Part shown: one piece after another, positions 39,587-50,021 of the stretch | How the letters are laid out: each line of letters starts with the position of its first letter | Numbering within the stretch: the stretch's first letter is position 1 | From: an uncultured Candidatus Rokubacteria bacterium | Lineage (GTDB): Bacteria > Methylomirabilota > Methylomirabilia > Rokubacteriales > CSP1-6 | NCBI GenBank assembly: GCA_963754315.1 | Contig: CAVWFS010000001.1 | Coordinates: 160,001 to 224,000 of the forward strand | Length of the DNA: 64,000 nt | Direction of reading: 5' to 3' | Translations under genes and position numbers: made by a program | The notes under the pieces: generated by a model | Seen by the model: only the letters and a program-made list of their open reading frames with translations | What the model was told of the DNA's origin: nothing | Database searches by the model: none

Positions 39587-40068
39587 GGGGGGCCTCGAAA
39601 GGGCCCCCCAAGCCCCCCGACGCTCGGGACGCCCCGGGGGACCCGTGGCGCCCCTCGGGACCACGCGAGCTACGGCCTCGACAGCCCCCCGGGCACCCCG
39701 GGGGACCCCGTGGCGCCCCTCGGGACCACGCGAGCTATCGGCCTCGAAGCCAGGCGCTCGGGACCCCGGGGGACCCGTGGCGCCCCTCGGGACCACGCGA
39801 GCTATCGGCCTCGACAGGGCCCCCCCACCCCCCGGTCGCGGCACCCCCCGTGGCGCCCCTCGGGACCACGCGAGCTATCGGCCTCGACAGGGCCCCCCAT
39901 CCCCCCGGTCGCTCGGGGCACCCCGGGGGACCCGTGGCGCCCCTCGGGACCACGCGAGCTATCGGCCTCGAAGGGCCCCCCAGCCCCCGTCGCTCGGGGC
40001 ACCCCGGGGGACCCGTGGCGCCCCTCGGGACCACGCGAGCTATCGGGGCCTCGACAGGGCCCCCCAAG
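39587..40068. repeat. Tandem array of 6 units of a GC-rich palindromic repeat
   Basis: Core CCCGTGGCGCCCCTCGGGACCACGCGAGCTA(T)CGG..CCTCGA starts at 39642, 39707, 39774, 39847, 39931 and 40012; periods 65, 67, 73, 84 and 81 nt. Confidence 0.92.
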
Positions 40069-40081
40069 CTGGACAGTTGAG

Positions 40082-40864
40082 ATGGGCGAAGCACTTCTGA
40101 TCGAGCGGGTGGAGAGCGTGGTGCGGTGCACGATCAATCGCCCGCCTTTGAATCTCTTCGACCCGGGCATCATTGACGCGCTCCGGCGTGGCTTCAGGAA
40201 ACTGGCCGACGACGAGTCAGTGCGGGTTGTGGTCCTGACCGGCAGTGGGCGTGCCTTCACGGCCGGTATGAATGTGAACGTGCTCCGCGATCTCGATGTG
40301 AGGCGGGCCAAGACCCTCATCAGTGACCTGCACGACGCGATCGCCGCTGTGCATCAGGCGCCGTTCCCGGTGGTGGCGGAGGTGAACGGGGCGTGTCTGG
40401 GCGCGGGCTTCGAGCTGGCCATGGCTTGTGACCTGCGCGTTGCCTCCGAAGCGGCGACCTTCGGCTTGCCCGAAGTGCGGGTAGGGGTGCCGTCCGTGAT
40501 CGAGGCGGCTCTGCTACCAGCCCTGGTGGGACCGGGCCGCGCGGCGGAGATGCTGCTTTGCGGGACGCCCATGACGGCCGCCCAGGCTCTAGCTTGCGGT
40601 CTCGTCAATCGGGTCGCCCCCGCGATGGGCATGCGGCAGAGTGTGGACGAACTGGTCGGACACGTCCTGGCCTGCGCTCCCGGTGCCATCAGGCTTCAGA
40701 AGGAGTTGATGATCCGGTGGCGTCAGACGGATCTGGCCAGTGCGATACGCTTCGGTATCAACGCGTTTGCCACGGCCTATGCGAGCGGCGAGCCCCAGGA
40801 AGGGGCGCGGGCGTTCCTGGAGAAGCGGCTCCCCGACTGGAGTCGGAGCACGGGGTCAGGCTGA
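40082..40864 (+). CDS. Enoyl-CoA hydratase/isomerase family
   Basis: INRPPLN, RAFTAG, VNGACLGAGFELAMACD, FGLPEVRVG. Confidence 0.88.
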   Translation: MGEALLIERVESVVRCTINRPPLNLFDPGIIDALRRGFRKLADDESVRVVVLTGSGRAFTAGMNVNVLRDLDVRRAKTLISDLHDAIAAVHQAPFPVVAEVNGACLGAGFELAMACDLRVASEAATFGLPEVRVGVPSVIEAALLPALVGPGRAAEMLLCGTPMTAAQALACGLVNRVAPAMGMRQSVDELVGHVLACAPGAIRLQKELMIRWRQTDLASAIRFGINAFATAYASGEPQEGARAFLEKRLPDWSRSTGSG

Positions 40865-40922
40865 GCCAGCTTCGGCTCGGTGTTGCCAAGCCCGACCTCG
40901 ATACCGTAACGTGTGGCGGGTC

Positions 40923-41447
40923 ATGGAGATCGCGGAGCTCCGGGCAAAGATCCGGGACATCAAGGATTTCCCCACCGAGGGGATCCTCTTCAAGGACATC
41001 ACCACCCTCCTGAAGGACGGGCCGGCCTTCCGATTCGTGGTTGACCATCTGGCCGGCACTTACGTGAACCAGCGTGTGGACGTGGTGGTAGGAATCGAGT
41101 CGCGTGGCTTCATCTTCGGGGGGGCCTTGGCGCACCAGCTCAACTGCGGCTTCGTGCCTGTCCGCAAGCTCGGCAAGCTTCCCGGAAAGACGGTCGAGGT
41201 GGAGTACGAGCTCGAGTACGGGCGTGACGCGCTCGCAATCCACGAGGACGCCATCGCGGCCGGGCAACGCGTTCTCGCCGTAGACGACCTCCTGGCTACC
41301 GGCGGAACCATGGCGGCAACCTTGCGCCTTGTCGAGCTGCTCGGCGGCGTGGTCGTCGGCGTGGCCTTCCTCATTGAGCTCGGCTTCCTTCACGGCCGTG
41401 AGAAGCTCAAGAAATACCCACTACACTCGCTGATCGTCTACGACTGA
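40923..41447 (+). CDS. apt: Adenine phosphoribosyltransferase
   Basis: DFPTEGILFKDIT, GIESRGF, RKLGKLP, LEYG, VDDLLATGGT. Confidence 0.95.
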   Translation: MEIAELRAKIRDIKDFPTEGILFKDITTLLKDGPAFRFVVDHLAGTYVNQRVDVVVGIESRGFIFGGALAHQLNCGFVPVRKLGKLPGKTVEVEYELEYGRDALAIHEDAIAAGQRVLAVDDLLATGGTMAATLRLVELLGGVVVGVAFLIELGFLHGREKLKKYPLHSLIVYD

Positions 41448-41455
41448 GGAGCCCC

Positions 41456-42646
41456 ATGCCTAGCAACGATCTCGTCATTTTGCGCGGCGCGCGCACCGCA
41501 TTCGGAAGCTTTGGCGGGAGCCTCAAGGATGTCTCCGCCGCGGAGCTCGGTGTGGTGGCCGCCAATGCCGCCATGGCTCGCTCCCGCGTGCCTGCGGATG
41601 AGGTCGACCACGTGATCTTCGGAAACGTGATCCAGACCTCCGGGTCCGATGTCTATCTGGCCCGGCATATCGGTCTGACGGCCGGCTGCCCTCAGGGCGT
41701 TCCTGCCCTCACGCTCAATCGTGCCTGTGGCTCCGGGCTGCAGGCGATCGTGTCGGCAGCGCAGCTCGTGAGACTCGGGGAAGCCGAGGTCGTGCTGGCG
41801 GGGGGCACCGAGAGCATGTCGGGACAGCCCCACATCGTCCGCGGCGCACGTTGGGGACTCAAGTTCCGGGCCGGCAGCCTGGAGGACAACCTCTGGCTGG
41901 CGCTGGTCGATGGGTACAACAAGTTACCGATGGCAGGTACGGCGGAGAATCTTGCCCGGCGGTACGGGATCAGTCGCAAGGAGCAGGACGACTTCGCCTA
42001 CCGAAGCCATCTGGCGGCCGCGGCCGCCCAAACGGCGGGTCACTTCGCCGAAGAGATTGTCCCCGTCACCGTCAAGGTCCGCGGCAAGGCGGAGGAGGTC
42101 GTCCGCGACGAGCACATCAAGGCCGATACAACCGTCGAGAAGCTGAACAGCCTCCCCCCGGCATTCGCCGAGGGCGGGACCATCACGGCGGGCAATGCCA
42201 GCGGCATCAACGACGGCGCCGCCGCCGTCGTGGTGACCACTCTGGAGCGAGCGGAGAAGATGGCAGTAACCCCGCTCGGTCGGATCGTGTCCTGGGGCGT
42301 GGTGGGAGTCGACCCCGATGTCATGGGCATTGGCCCGGTGCCAGCATCCCGTCAGGCGCTAGCTCGGGCGAGTCTGGAAGTGGGCGACATGGACCTCGTG
42401 GAAATCAACGAGGCTTTCGCCGCCCAGTATCTCGCGGTGGAGCGCGAGCTGGGTCTTTCCCGCGAGAAGACGAATGTCAATGGGGGTGCTATCGCCCTCG
42501 GGCATCCCGTGGGTGCATCGGGCGCCCGTCTAGCCCTCACCCTACTCCACGAGCTCGAGCGGCGGGGCGGGCGCTACGGCTTGGCCGCCCTCTGTATCGG
42601 GGGTGGACAGGGTATTGCCATGGTCGTAGAAAGGGTGCGATACTAG
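41456..42646 (+). CDS. Acetyl-CoA C-acyltransferase (thiolase)
   Basis: [40 protein letters not shown]. Confidence 0.93.
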   Translation: MPSNDLVILRGARTAFGSFGGSLKDVSAAELGVVAANAAMARSRVPADEVDHVIFGNVIQTSGSDVYLARHIGLTAGCPQGVPALTLNRACGSGLQAIVSAAQLVRLGEAEVVLAGGTESMSGQPHIVRGARWGLKFRAGSLEDNLWLALVDGYNKLPMAGTAENLARRYGISRKEQDDFAYRSHLAAAAAQTAGHFAEEIVPVTVKVRGKAEEVVRDEHIKADTTVEKLNSLPPAFAEGGTITAGNASGINDGAAAVVVTTLERAEKMAVTPLGRIVSWGVVGVDPDVMGIGPVPASRQALARASLEVGDMDLVEINEAFAAQYLAVERELGLSREKTNVNGGAIALGHPVGASGARLALTLLHELERRGGRYGLAALCIGGGQGIAMVVERVRY

Positions 42647-42651
42647 GCGCC

Positions 42652-42993
42652 ATGAAGCGAACGATCAGCACGCTCGTGGGAGTCGTGGTGCTCGGTGGCC
42701 TGGCAGGCCTCGCTCAGGCCCAGGACGAGAAGGCGCCGATGAGCGCCTCAATGTTGATTAACAACGTGCTCAAGCAGCCCATCGACCTCCAGGAGCGGCA
42801 GCTCGCCTTCGACGAGTCCCTCCGCAGGGACGGGCCGCCTCCGAGGCGCTCACCGTTCGCCGGCGAGGTCCAGCCCGACGGGAGCGTTCGATATGGCGAC
42901 GTCGTGGTGAGTCAAATCAAGAATCCGTGCCCGCCCGGTGAACACGTCGAGCTGACTCCGCCTCCGCTTCCCGGCCGACGCGCTAGCCGATAA
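42652..42993 (+). CDS. Small exported hypothetical protein
   Basis: MKR plus hydrophobic stretch and AQA signal peptide; fills the intergenic gap. Confidence 0.6.
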   Translation: MKRTISTLVGVVVLGGLAGLAQAQDEKAPMSASMLINNVLKQPIDLQERQLAFDESLRRDGPPPRRSPFAGEVQPDGSVRYGDVVVSQIKNPCPPGEHVELTPPPLPGRRASR

Positions 42994-43009
42994 ACACGAG
43001 CTTTCGACC

Positions 43010-43038
43010 AAGCCGGTCGCCCGCCAGGCGGCCGGCTT
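43010..43038 (+). terminator. GC-rich hairpin, possible terminator
   Basis: AAGCCGGTCGCC-loop-GGCGGCCGGCTT just after the stop at 42993. Confidence 0.45.
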
Positions 43039-43057
43039 CGTCATTTTAGGAGATCGG

Positions 43058-43909
43058 GTGGCCATCCGGACCGTCGGGGTAATCGGCTGCGGGCTCATGG
43101 GCTCGGGAATTGTCCAGGTCTCCGCCCAGGCCGGCTTCGATGTAACGGTGGTCGAGGCCAGCGACGAGCTTCTAGAGCGGGGTCTCGGCCGTCTACGCCA
43201 AACGCTCGGAGGACTGGTCGAGAGAGGGAAGATCGACGCCGCAAGCAAGGACGCGACCTTGGCGCGGATCAAAGGGACGACGCGCCTGGAGGACCTCGGC
43301 TCGTGTGATCTCGTGGTCGAGGCGATGACCGAGAACCAGACGCTGAAGAACGAGACCTTTGCCAAGCTCGGTCGCATCTGCCCCGTTCACACCCTGCTCG
43401 CCTCCAACACCTCGTCCTGCAACGTCACAGCCATGGCAGCTGCCACCAAGCGGCCCGGTCAGGTGCTAGGGCTGCACTTCTTCAATCCGGTCCCGCTCAT
43501 GAAGCTGGTGGAGGTCGTCCGCACAATCCTGACCGACGACGCTGCCGTGAAGGCGGCCAGCGACTGGGTGCGGGCACTCGGTAAGACCCCGGTGCAGACG
43601 AAGGACGCCACGGCCTTCATCGTGAATCGTCTGCTCGTCCCCTACCTGCTCGATGCGATCCGCCTCTATGAGAACGGGCTGTCCTCGCTGGAAGACATCG
43701 ACCAGGCGATGAAGCTCGGATGCGGCTATCCCATGGGCCCGTTCACGTTGCTCGATCTCGTCGGTCTGGATACGACCTTGTATGTGGCGGAGGTCATGTT
43801 CGAGGAGTTCCGGGAGTCGCGCTACGCGCCACCCCCTCTCCTCAAGCGCATGGTGCTGGCTGGCCACCTCGGGCGCAAGAGCGGGAAGGGTTTCTACACG
43901 TACAATTGA
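43058..43909 (+). CDS. 3-hydroxybutyryl-CoA dehydrogenase
   Basis: GCGLMGSGI, SNTSS, GLHFFNPVP, FIVNRLL, GYPMGP, GRKSGKGFY. Confidence 0.92.
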   Translation: MAIRTVGVIGCGLMGSGIVQVSAQAGFDVTVVEASDELLERGLGRLRQTLGGLVERGKIDAASKDATLARIKGTTRLEDLGSCDLVVEAMTENQTLKNETFAKLGRICPVHTLLASNTSSCNVTAMAAATKRPGQVLGLHFFNPVPLMKLVEVVRTILTDDAAVKAASDWVRALGKTPVQTKDATAFIVNRLLVPYLLDAIRLYENGLSSLEDIDQAMKLGCGYPMGPFTLLDLVGLDTTLYVAEVMFEEFRESRYAPPPLLKRMVLAGHLGRKSGKGFYTYN

Positions 43910-43928
43910 CTCGTTCCTCCGGCAGTGG

Positions 43929-43946
43929 TAGTTGTCTAGACAACTA
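43929..43946. promoter_or_regulatory. Perfect 18-bp palindrome, probable GntR (HutC subfamily) operator
   Basis: TAGTTGTCTAGACAACTA, 21 nt upstream of the gntR start and 17 nt after TTGACT(43906-43911). Confidence 0.75.
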
Positions 43947-43967
43947 TGACGCTGGGAGGCACTGCGG

Positions 43968-44756
43968 GTGAACTACCGTTCGGGCACGCCCCGATACCTT
44001 CAAATCGCCGACGTCCTCCGCCGCGACCTCCGTGGCGAGGGGGAGCGCATCGCGTCGGAACACGCGCTGTGCACGCGCTTCAACGTCAGCCGGCCGACCA
44101 TTCGCCAGGCCCTCGACGTGTTGATGCAGGAGGGTCGCCTCTATCGGCACGCGGGGCGGGGAACCTTCGCCACCCCTACCACCGGTAACGACCGCAAGCT
44201 GCGGGTCATCGGCTCTGTCGCCGACATGATCGCGCAGGGCGAGGAGACCTGGTTCAAGGCGGTGAGCCGCGAGATCGTGCGTGTCTCGCCCGATATCGCC
44301 CATGCTCTGCGGCTGGCGCCGGGCTCGGTGGCCTACCGCGTGGTTGGTGTGCGGCACGGGGACGACGGGCCGTTCCAGCACCTGACCGCGTGGGTACCGG
44401 GAGACCTCGGGGCCGCCCTGTCAGAGGAGGACTTCTCGAAATCCTCGGTGCTGGCGACCATCGAACGCCAGCTCGGGCGGCCGATCAAGTTTCTCGAGCA
44501 GGTTGCCGATGCGGTGTTGGCCCCGCGCCAGGTCGCGGAGCTTCTGCAGGTGCGGGCGCGCACGCCGCTGCTCCACTTCGCGCGCACGTACTTCTCGGCG
44601 AGCGGGGACCCGGTGGAGCACGCCATTACCTACCAGCTAGGCCGGCGTTACCCGTACCGCATCATCCTCTCGCGTTCCGAGCGGCCGGTTGTCATGATCG
44701 GGACATCGGGAGCCTCGAAAGGCCCCCCCCAGCGCCCCGAGCGGCGTGGCTCGTAG
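43968..44756 (+). CDS. GntR-family regulator, HutC/UTRA type
   Basis: PRYLQIA, SEHAL..RFNVSRPTIRQAL, GRGTF; UTRA-like C-terminal domain. Confidence 0.88.
   Translation: MNYRSGTPRYLQIADVLRRDLRGEGERIASEHALCTRFNVSRPTIRQALDVLMQEGRLYRHAGRGTFATPTTGNDRKLRVIGSVADMIAQGEETWFKAVSREIVRVSPDIAHALRLAPGSVAYRVVGVRHGDDGPFQHLTAWVPGDLGAALSEEDFSKSSVLATIERQLGRPIKFLEQVADAVLAPRQVAELLQVRARTPLLHFARTYFSASGDPVEHAITYQLGRRYPYRIILSRSERPVVMIGTSGASKGPPQRPERRGS
44708..44753. repeat. Degenerate copy of the palindromic repeat forming the gntR 3' end
   Basis: GGGAGCCTCGAAAGGCCCCCCCAGC resembles GGGGGCCTCGAAAGGGCCCCCCAAGC at 39588. Confidence 0.55.
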
Positions 44757-44773
44757 ATCGCGGGAGGTTGGTC

Positions 44774-45316
44774 ATGGAGCTTCGTAGGATCGGGTTCTCG
44801 TGCGAAGAGCTGATGGCCGACATTGGCGGACGACTGGCTCGCCCCGTCAGGCGTGCCGCCGGGCTTGCCGTCATCGCGAATCCTTATGCCGGGCGGCTGG
44901 TGGAGGACCTCTCGCCCCTGTTCGAGGTCGGCTTCGAGCTCGGTGCATTGCTCATGAAGCGCGTAGTCGACCTGCTGGGGGCCGAGCCCGCGAGCTATGG
45001 CAAGGCGGCAGTCGTGGGGACACTCGGCGAGGTGGAGCACGGGGCTGCCCTGATCCATCCAAAGCTGGGCAAGTCCATGCGTGAGGCAGTGGGCGGCGGA
45101 CAAGCCATCATTCCGTCGAACGCCAAAGTGGCGGCGCCGGGCTCTCTCATCGACGTCCCGCTCGGGCACAAGGACAACGTGTGGTCGTTCGACCACTTCG
45201 ACACCATGAGCGTATGCGTCCCGGACGCCCCTCGACCCGATGAGATCCTCGTGATCATGGCTGTGGCCGATGCGGGTCGCCCGCGCCCGCGGGTAGGCCA
45301 AGGCCGCATTCAGTGA
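44774..45316 (+). CDS. DUF1185/'amino acid synthesis' family protein
   Basis: NPYAGR, SYGKAAVVG..GEVEHG, IDVPLGHK, SFDHFDTM, DAPRPDEI, GRP.PR. Confidence 0.82.
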   Translation: MELRRIGFSCEELMADIGGRLARPVRRAAGLAVIANPYAGRLVEDLSPLFEVGFELGALLMKRVVDLLGAEPASYGKAAVVGTLGEVEHGAALIHPKLGKSMREAVGGGQAIIPSNAKVAAPGSLIDVPLGHKDNVWSFDHFDTMSVCVPDAPRPDEILVIMAVADAGRPRPRVGQGRIQ

Positions 45317-45317
45317 G

Positions 45318-47613
45318 GTGGAACCCTCGCGGCACACCGGCTCGCGTGAGAACTTTGCAGTCATCGGAAAGTCCACGGCGAAGCGCGACGGCCCCGAGAA
45401 AGTCACCGGGCGCACGCGCTACCTGCACGACCTCGAGCTACCCCGCCTGGCCCACGCCAAGATTCTGAGAGCGCGCCATCCGCACGCTCGCATCGTCCGC
45501 ATCGAGACCGCTCGCGCCCGCCGGACCGAGGGTGTCCTGGCCGTTCTGACCGGTTCCGACGTCGACCAGCACCCGTTCGGCTTCGCCCGCGACCAGCTGG
45601 CCCTGAAGCGGGACAAGACCCTGTGCATCCGGGACGAGGTGGCGGCGGTGGTGGCCGAGTGTCCGGAGCAAGCCGAGGAGGCCCTCGCGCTCATCGACGT
45701 GGAGTACGAGGAGCTTCCCTCCAACTTCGACCCCAGACGCGCGCTCGAGTCCGATACACCGCTGGTGCACAGCGCCCTCGGGACGAACCAGACGCATCTG
45801 CGCTACCAATTTGCCCACGGCGACGTGGAGGGGGCCTTGGCGGCGGCGGCGGCCCTGGTCGAGGACGAGTACACGTTGACTTTCGTGGCAACCGCCTGTC
45901 TCGGCACCATGGTGAGCATCGCCGACTGGGACGCAGACGAGCGGCTCACCATGTACAGCACGACCCAGGTCCCCTTCCTGTACCAGCGTGATCTGGCAGC
46001 CGCCCTCGGTGTCGACGGCGGTCGCGTTCGTGTGGTGCAGCCCCCGGTGGGCGGCAACTTCGGCCGCGGTCTCGATCTCTATCCGATCGACGTCATCGCC
46101 GCCCTCTGCGCGCGTCGGGTGCGGCGTCCCGTGAAGATCGAGTTCTCTCGCGTCGAAGAATTCGTGGCTGCCCCCGGCCGTGAGCCCTGCGTGATCCGGT
46201 TGCGCACGGCGGCTGCCGCCGACGGACGGTTGCTCGCCCGCGACGCCCATGTGATCATCGACAGCGGCGCCTACGTGTCGTGGGGGTCCACCACTCCCTA
46301 CGTCATGCTGTCCACGGTGGCCGGTCTCTACCGGTGTCCGAACGTGCGCTTCGACACCACCATCGTGTATACGAACAATCCCTACTCGGGCTCCATGCGC
46401 GGGTACGGCAATCTCGAATCGACGTTTGCCGTCGAGTCCCAGATGGACGAGCTCGCCGACCGTCTTGGTCTCGACCGCCTGGAGATCCGTCGCCGCAACG
46501 TGTCGCGTCCCGGCGATGTCCATCCCCAGGGATTCGTCGTGACCTCCTGTGGGTTCGACGAATGCCTGGAGGCGGCCGCCGAGGATATCACGAGGAACCC
46601 CCCTCCGCTCCGGGAGGGCTGGCGACGAGGAGTGGGGTTTGCCGGGATGTTCCACGTCGGGGGCGGAGCGCGGATCTATCGTTCCGACGGCTGCGGCGCC
46701 ATCGTGAAGCTGGACGACTTCGGGACGGTGACGTTGATCACGGGCGCCACCGAGGTCGGCCAGGGGTCGGAGACGGTGCTCGCCATGATCGTGGCCGAGA
46801 CCTTGGGGATTCCGCTGGCCCGGGTGCACGTTGTAAACTCCGACACCGCCCTCAAGCCGTGGGATGTGGGGACGCACGCCAGTCGCACCACGTTCATCGC
46901 CGGCAATGCGGCGCGCCTGGCCGCCGAGGACCTCAGGCGTCAGCTGCTCGAGATGGCGGCCGTCGCCTTCGACGAGCCGGCGACGCGGCTCGACGTGCAG
47001 CAACGGCTGGATCTTCGTGACGGGTGACCCGCAACGCCGCCAGCCATACGATCGGGTCGCCCGGGCTGGGCACTATCGAGGGGGAGGACGCGTGCTGGTG
47101 GCCGAGGCCTTCTACGATCCCCCGTCCACCATGCTCGACAAGGACCTTCGGGGAAATGTCTCGGCCGCCTACGGCTTTGCCGCCCAGGCAGTCTTGCTCG
47201 ACGTGCAGGAGACGACGGGCCGGGTCGAGGTGCAGCGCATCGCGTCGGCCCACGACGTCGGCCGGGCCCTGAACCCCATGGCCGCTGAAGGGCAAATTCA
47301 CGGCGGCATCCACATGGGGCTGGGCTATGCCCTCGCTGAGAGGCTGGTGGTGGAAGGCGGCCACGTGCTGAGCGCGACCTTCATGGACTACGCGCTGCTG
47401 AAGGCTGCCGACATGCCAGAGATCGTGGTGCGGCTGATCGAGACCCTCGATGCCGAGGGGCCCTACGGGGCCAAGGGCCTCGGCGAGTCAGGGGCCATCC
47501 CCGTGGCTGCCGCGGTCGCCAATGCCATCCACGATGCCACGGGAATCCGATTCACCGAGCTGCCCGTCACGCCCGAGCGCATCCATGCGGCGCTCGCGCA
47601 GAGACCCCGCTGA
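45318..47613 (+). CDS. Xanthine dehydrogenase-family molybdopterin subunit (4-hydroxybenzoyl-CoA reductase alpha/nicotinate dehydrogenase-like); +1 frame break at about 46998
   Basis: KVTGRTRY, GGNFGRG, SMRGYG, EVGQG, HASRTT; second frame has DVGRALNP..EGQIHGG, DY, GAKGLGE. Confidence 0.85.
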
Positions 47614-47617
47614 GCAC

Positions 47618-48724
47618 ATGAGAGTGGCGGTGCTCGGAGGAAGCCACGGAGCCTATGCGGCGGCGGCAGATCTGAGTCTGGCTGGCCACCAGGTCTGCCT
47701 GTGGCGCCGCCGTGACGCGGATCTGGCGCCGATTCGTGCCGCCGGCGGCATCGCGCTCGTGGCTGATGGACGAAAGGGGCTCGGCCGCCTCGATCGACTC
47801 ACGGCGGATCTGCCCGAGGCGCTTGCCGAGGCCGAGGTTGTCATCGTGCCGCTTCCCGCGACGGCGCACGGGGACATCGCCGGGCGGCTCGCCAAAGAAC
47901 TGAGCCCGCAGCAGATCGTCCTGCTCACCCCCGGCACCTTTGGATCCTATGTCATGGCCCGCGAGGTCGAACGCGCCGGAGGTCGCCAGCCCTTTGCCTT
48001 CGCCGAGACCGGAACCTTGCCCTACCTCACCCGCAAGACCGGTCCGGCGGAGGTGACAGCGCCGGTTCGCGCGGTGAATCTTCCGACCGGAGTTTTTCCG
48101 GCCTCGCGCTCGGCAGAGGTCCTGGCGCGTGTGGGTGAGCTGTTCCCGTCGGTGCGCCCGTGTCGGGACGCCCTCGATGCCGCTCTCACCAACGCGGGCA
48201 TCATTCTTCATCCGCCGCTCGTGCTCCTCAACGCGGGTGCCATCGACGGTGGGCGCTTCGACATCCATGCTTCCGGGATGACGCCCAGCGTGCGACGCCT
48301 CATCGACGTCGCTGACCGAGAGCGGTTAGAAATCCGCCAGCGTCTCGGCTACCCGGCGCCGCACTACGAGCAAGCGACCTACTACGACGAAGCGCGCGCG
48401 GCGGAGGGGCTGTACGGGGTGGGGGCCAAGGCTAAGCTCGTGGCCAGCGGCCTCTGGAGCGAGATGGTCAGCTTCGAGCACCGCTATGTCAGCGAGGATG
48501 TGGCTCTGGGCCTCCCGCTGTTCGAATCGGCCGGCCGACTGGCCAACGTGGAGACGTCGGCCGTGAGCGGGCTCGTCTCGGTGTTCGAGGCGCTGCTCGG
48601 TCGCGACCTGCGTCGCCAGGGCCGTGGTCTTGACTGTCTGGGCCTGGGCGAGCTCACGCTCCGGGAAATCCGTTCCGTCCTCCACGAGGGATGGTTCTCC
48701 CCCATGTGGCGACGAGTTCGCTAG
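47618..48724 (+). CDS. NAD/NADP octopine/nopaline (opine) dehydrogenase family
   Basis: VAVLGGSHG, LTPGTFG, AETGTLPY, NAGIILHP, HRYVSED. Confidence 0.85.
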   Translation: MRVAVLGGSHGAYAAAADLSLAGHQVCLWRRRDADLAPIRAAGGIALVADGRKGLGRLDRLTADLPEALAEAEVVIVPLPATAHGDIAGRLAKELSPQQIVLLTPGTFGSYVMAREVERAGGRQPFAFAETGTLPYLTRKTGPAEVTAPVRAVNLPTGVFPASRSAEVLARVGELFPSVRPCRDALDAALTNAGIILHPPLVLLNAGAIDGGRFDIHASGMTPSVRRLIDVADRERLEIRQRLGYPAPHYEQATYYDEARAAEGLYGVGAKAKLVASGLWSEMVSFEHRYVSEDVALGLPLFESAGRLANVETSAVSGLVSVFEALLGRDLRRQGRGLDCLGLGELTLREIRSVLHEGWFSPMWRRVR

Positions 48725-48745
48725 GAGAACACGACGGGTAGGACC

Positions 48746-50021
48746 GTGATGTGGCGGCCGGACCGCGAGGCGCTGCCGCGCGAGGACCTCGAACGCCTTC
48801 AGCTGCACGGCATGCGCGCGACCTTGGCGCGCGTGCTGAGTCATGCAGCCTACGCGCGACGCTTCGGCGACGTCCGCCCTCCGGACATGGTTCGCCCTGC
48901 TGAATGGTCCCGCCTGCCGTTCCTCACCAAGGAAGAGCTGCGCGATGCGTACCCATTCGGCCTGGCCTGCGGCGGCACCGAGGGCTACCGACGCGTTCAC
49001 ATGTCGAGCGGGACCAGTGGCCACCCGATTCTCAATCCCTACACCGCGGCCGACGTGGAGCAGTGGGGCGAAATCATGGCGCGCTGCTACGTGGCGGCCG
49101 GGGTGACGGCCTCCGACATCATCCAGATCACTCCCTCCTTCGGACTCTTCACGGGAGGGTTCGGATTCCACTACGGCGCCGAGAAGCTGGGGGCGATGGT
49201 CATTCCGACCGGCGCCGGTCGTACGAGCCTGCAGCTGCGCCTCCTGCGCGACTTGAAGGCGACGGTCGTGACGGCCATCGCGACCTATCCGCTGCGGCTC
49301 ATCGAGGTGGCCCGCGAGGAAGGGTTCGACCTCGGGCGCCTCTCCCTCCGGGTGGGTATCCTGGGGTCTGAGATGTGGTCGGACGAGCTGCGCGCGACGA
49401 ATCGAGCGTGGGCTCGGCATCCGGGCCTTCGACATCATCGGCATGACCGAGACCGGAGGCCCCGGCCTGGGGATCGACTGCGAGGCGCGGGCCGGCATTC
49501 ACGTGTGGGAGGATCATTACTTTGTGGAGATCGTGGACCCGGTCACCGGGCATGCGCTTGCTGACGGGACCGAGGGTGAGCTCGTCGTGTCGACACTCAC
49601 CCGGGAAGGGCTTCCCCTGGTCCGCTACCGAACCCGCGATCTGAGCCGCGTCATCTCCCGTGAACCGTGTGCCTGCGGCCGGACGTCGCTTCGCCTGGAC
49701 CGTCTACGCGGGCGTACGGACGACATGGTCATCTGCCGGGGCGTGAACTTCTATCCGCAGCAGATCGAGATGCTGCTCCTGCGTGAGCCCGGCGTGAGCC
49801 ACGAGTATCAGATCGTGCTCGAGTCGGACGGGGGTGGCGAGCGCATGGCCCTTCATGTCGAGACGGAACCCGGGAGCGATCGCGAGCTCGCCTCGCGCAT
49901 CGGCCGCGCTGTCCAGGATCTGCTCGCATTGCGTCCCGACGTTCGCCTCTGCCGGCCCGGCGAGCTGGAGCGACCCCAGGGTAAGTCCGTGCGCGTGATC
50001 GATCGCCGGTCGGCCCGGTGA
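48746..50021 (+). CDS. Phenylacetate-CoA ligase family; +1 frame break at about 49397
   Basis: LPFLTKEELR, SSGTSG, GLFTGGFG; second frame has GMTETGGPG, WEDH, RYRTRD, GRTDDM, RGVN. Confidence 0.85.

Noticed and set aside
39587..40068. CRISPR array
   Set aside because: The would-be spacers are homologous to one another and vary widely in length; no AT-rich leader or cas genes are in the window.
39533..40100. Long ORFs across the array, including a 443-aa N-terminally extended enoyl-CoA hydratase and a TGATG-coupled repeat peptide from 39585
   Set aside because: Units are read in all three frames (several periods are not multiples of 3), and the GC-rich repeat simply lacks stops; the hydratase domain begins at 40082.
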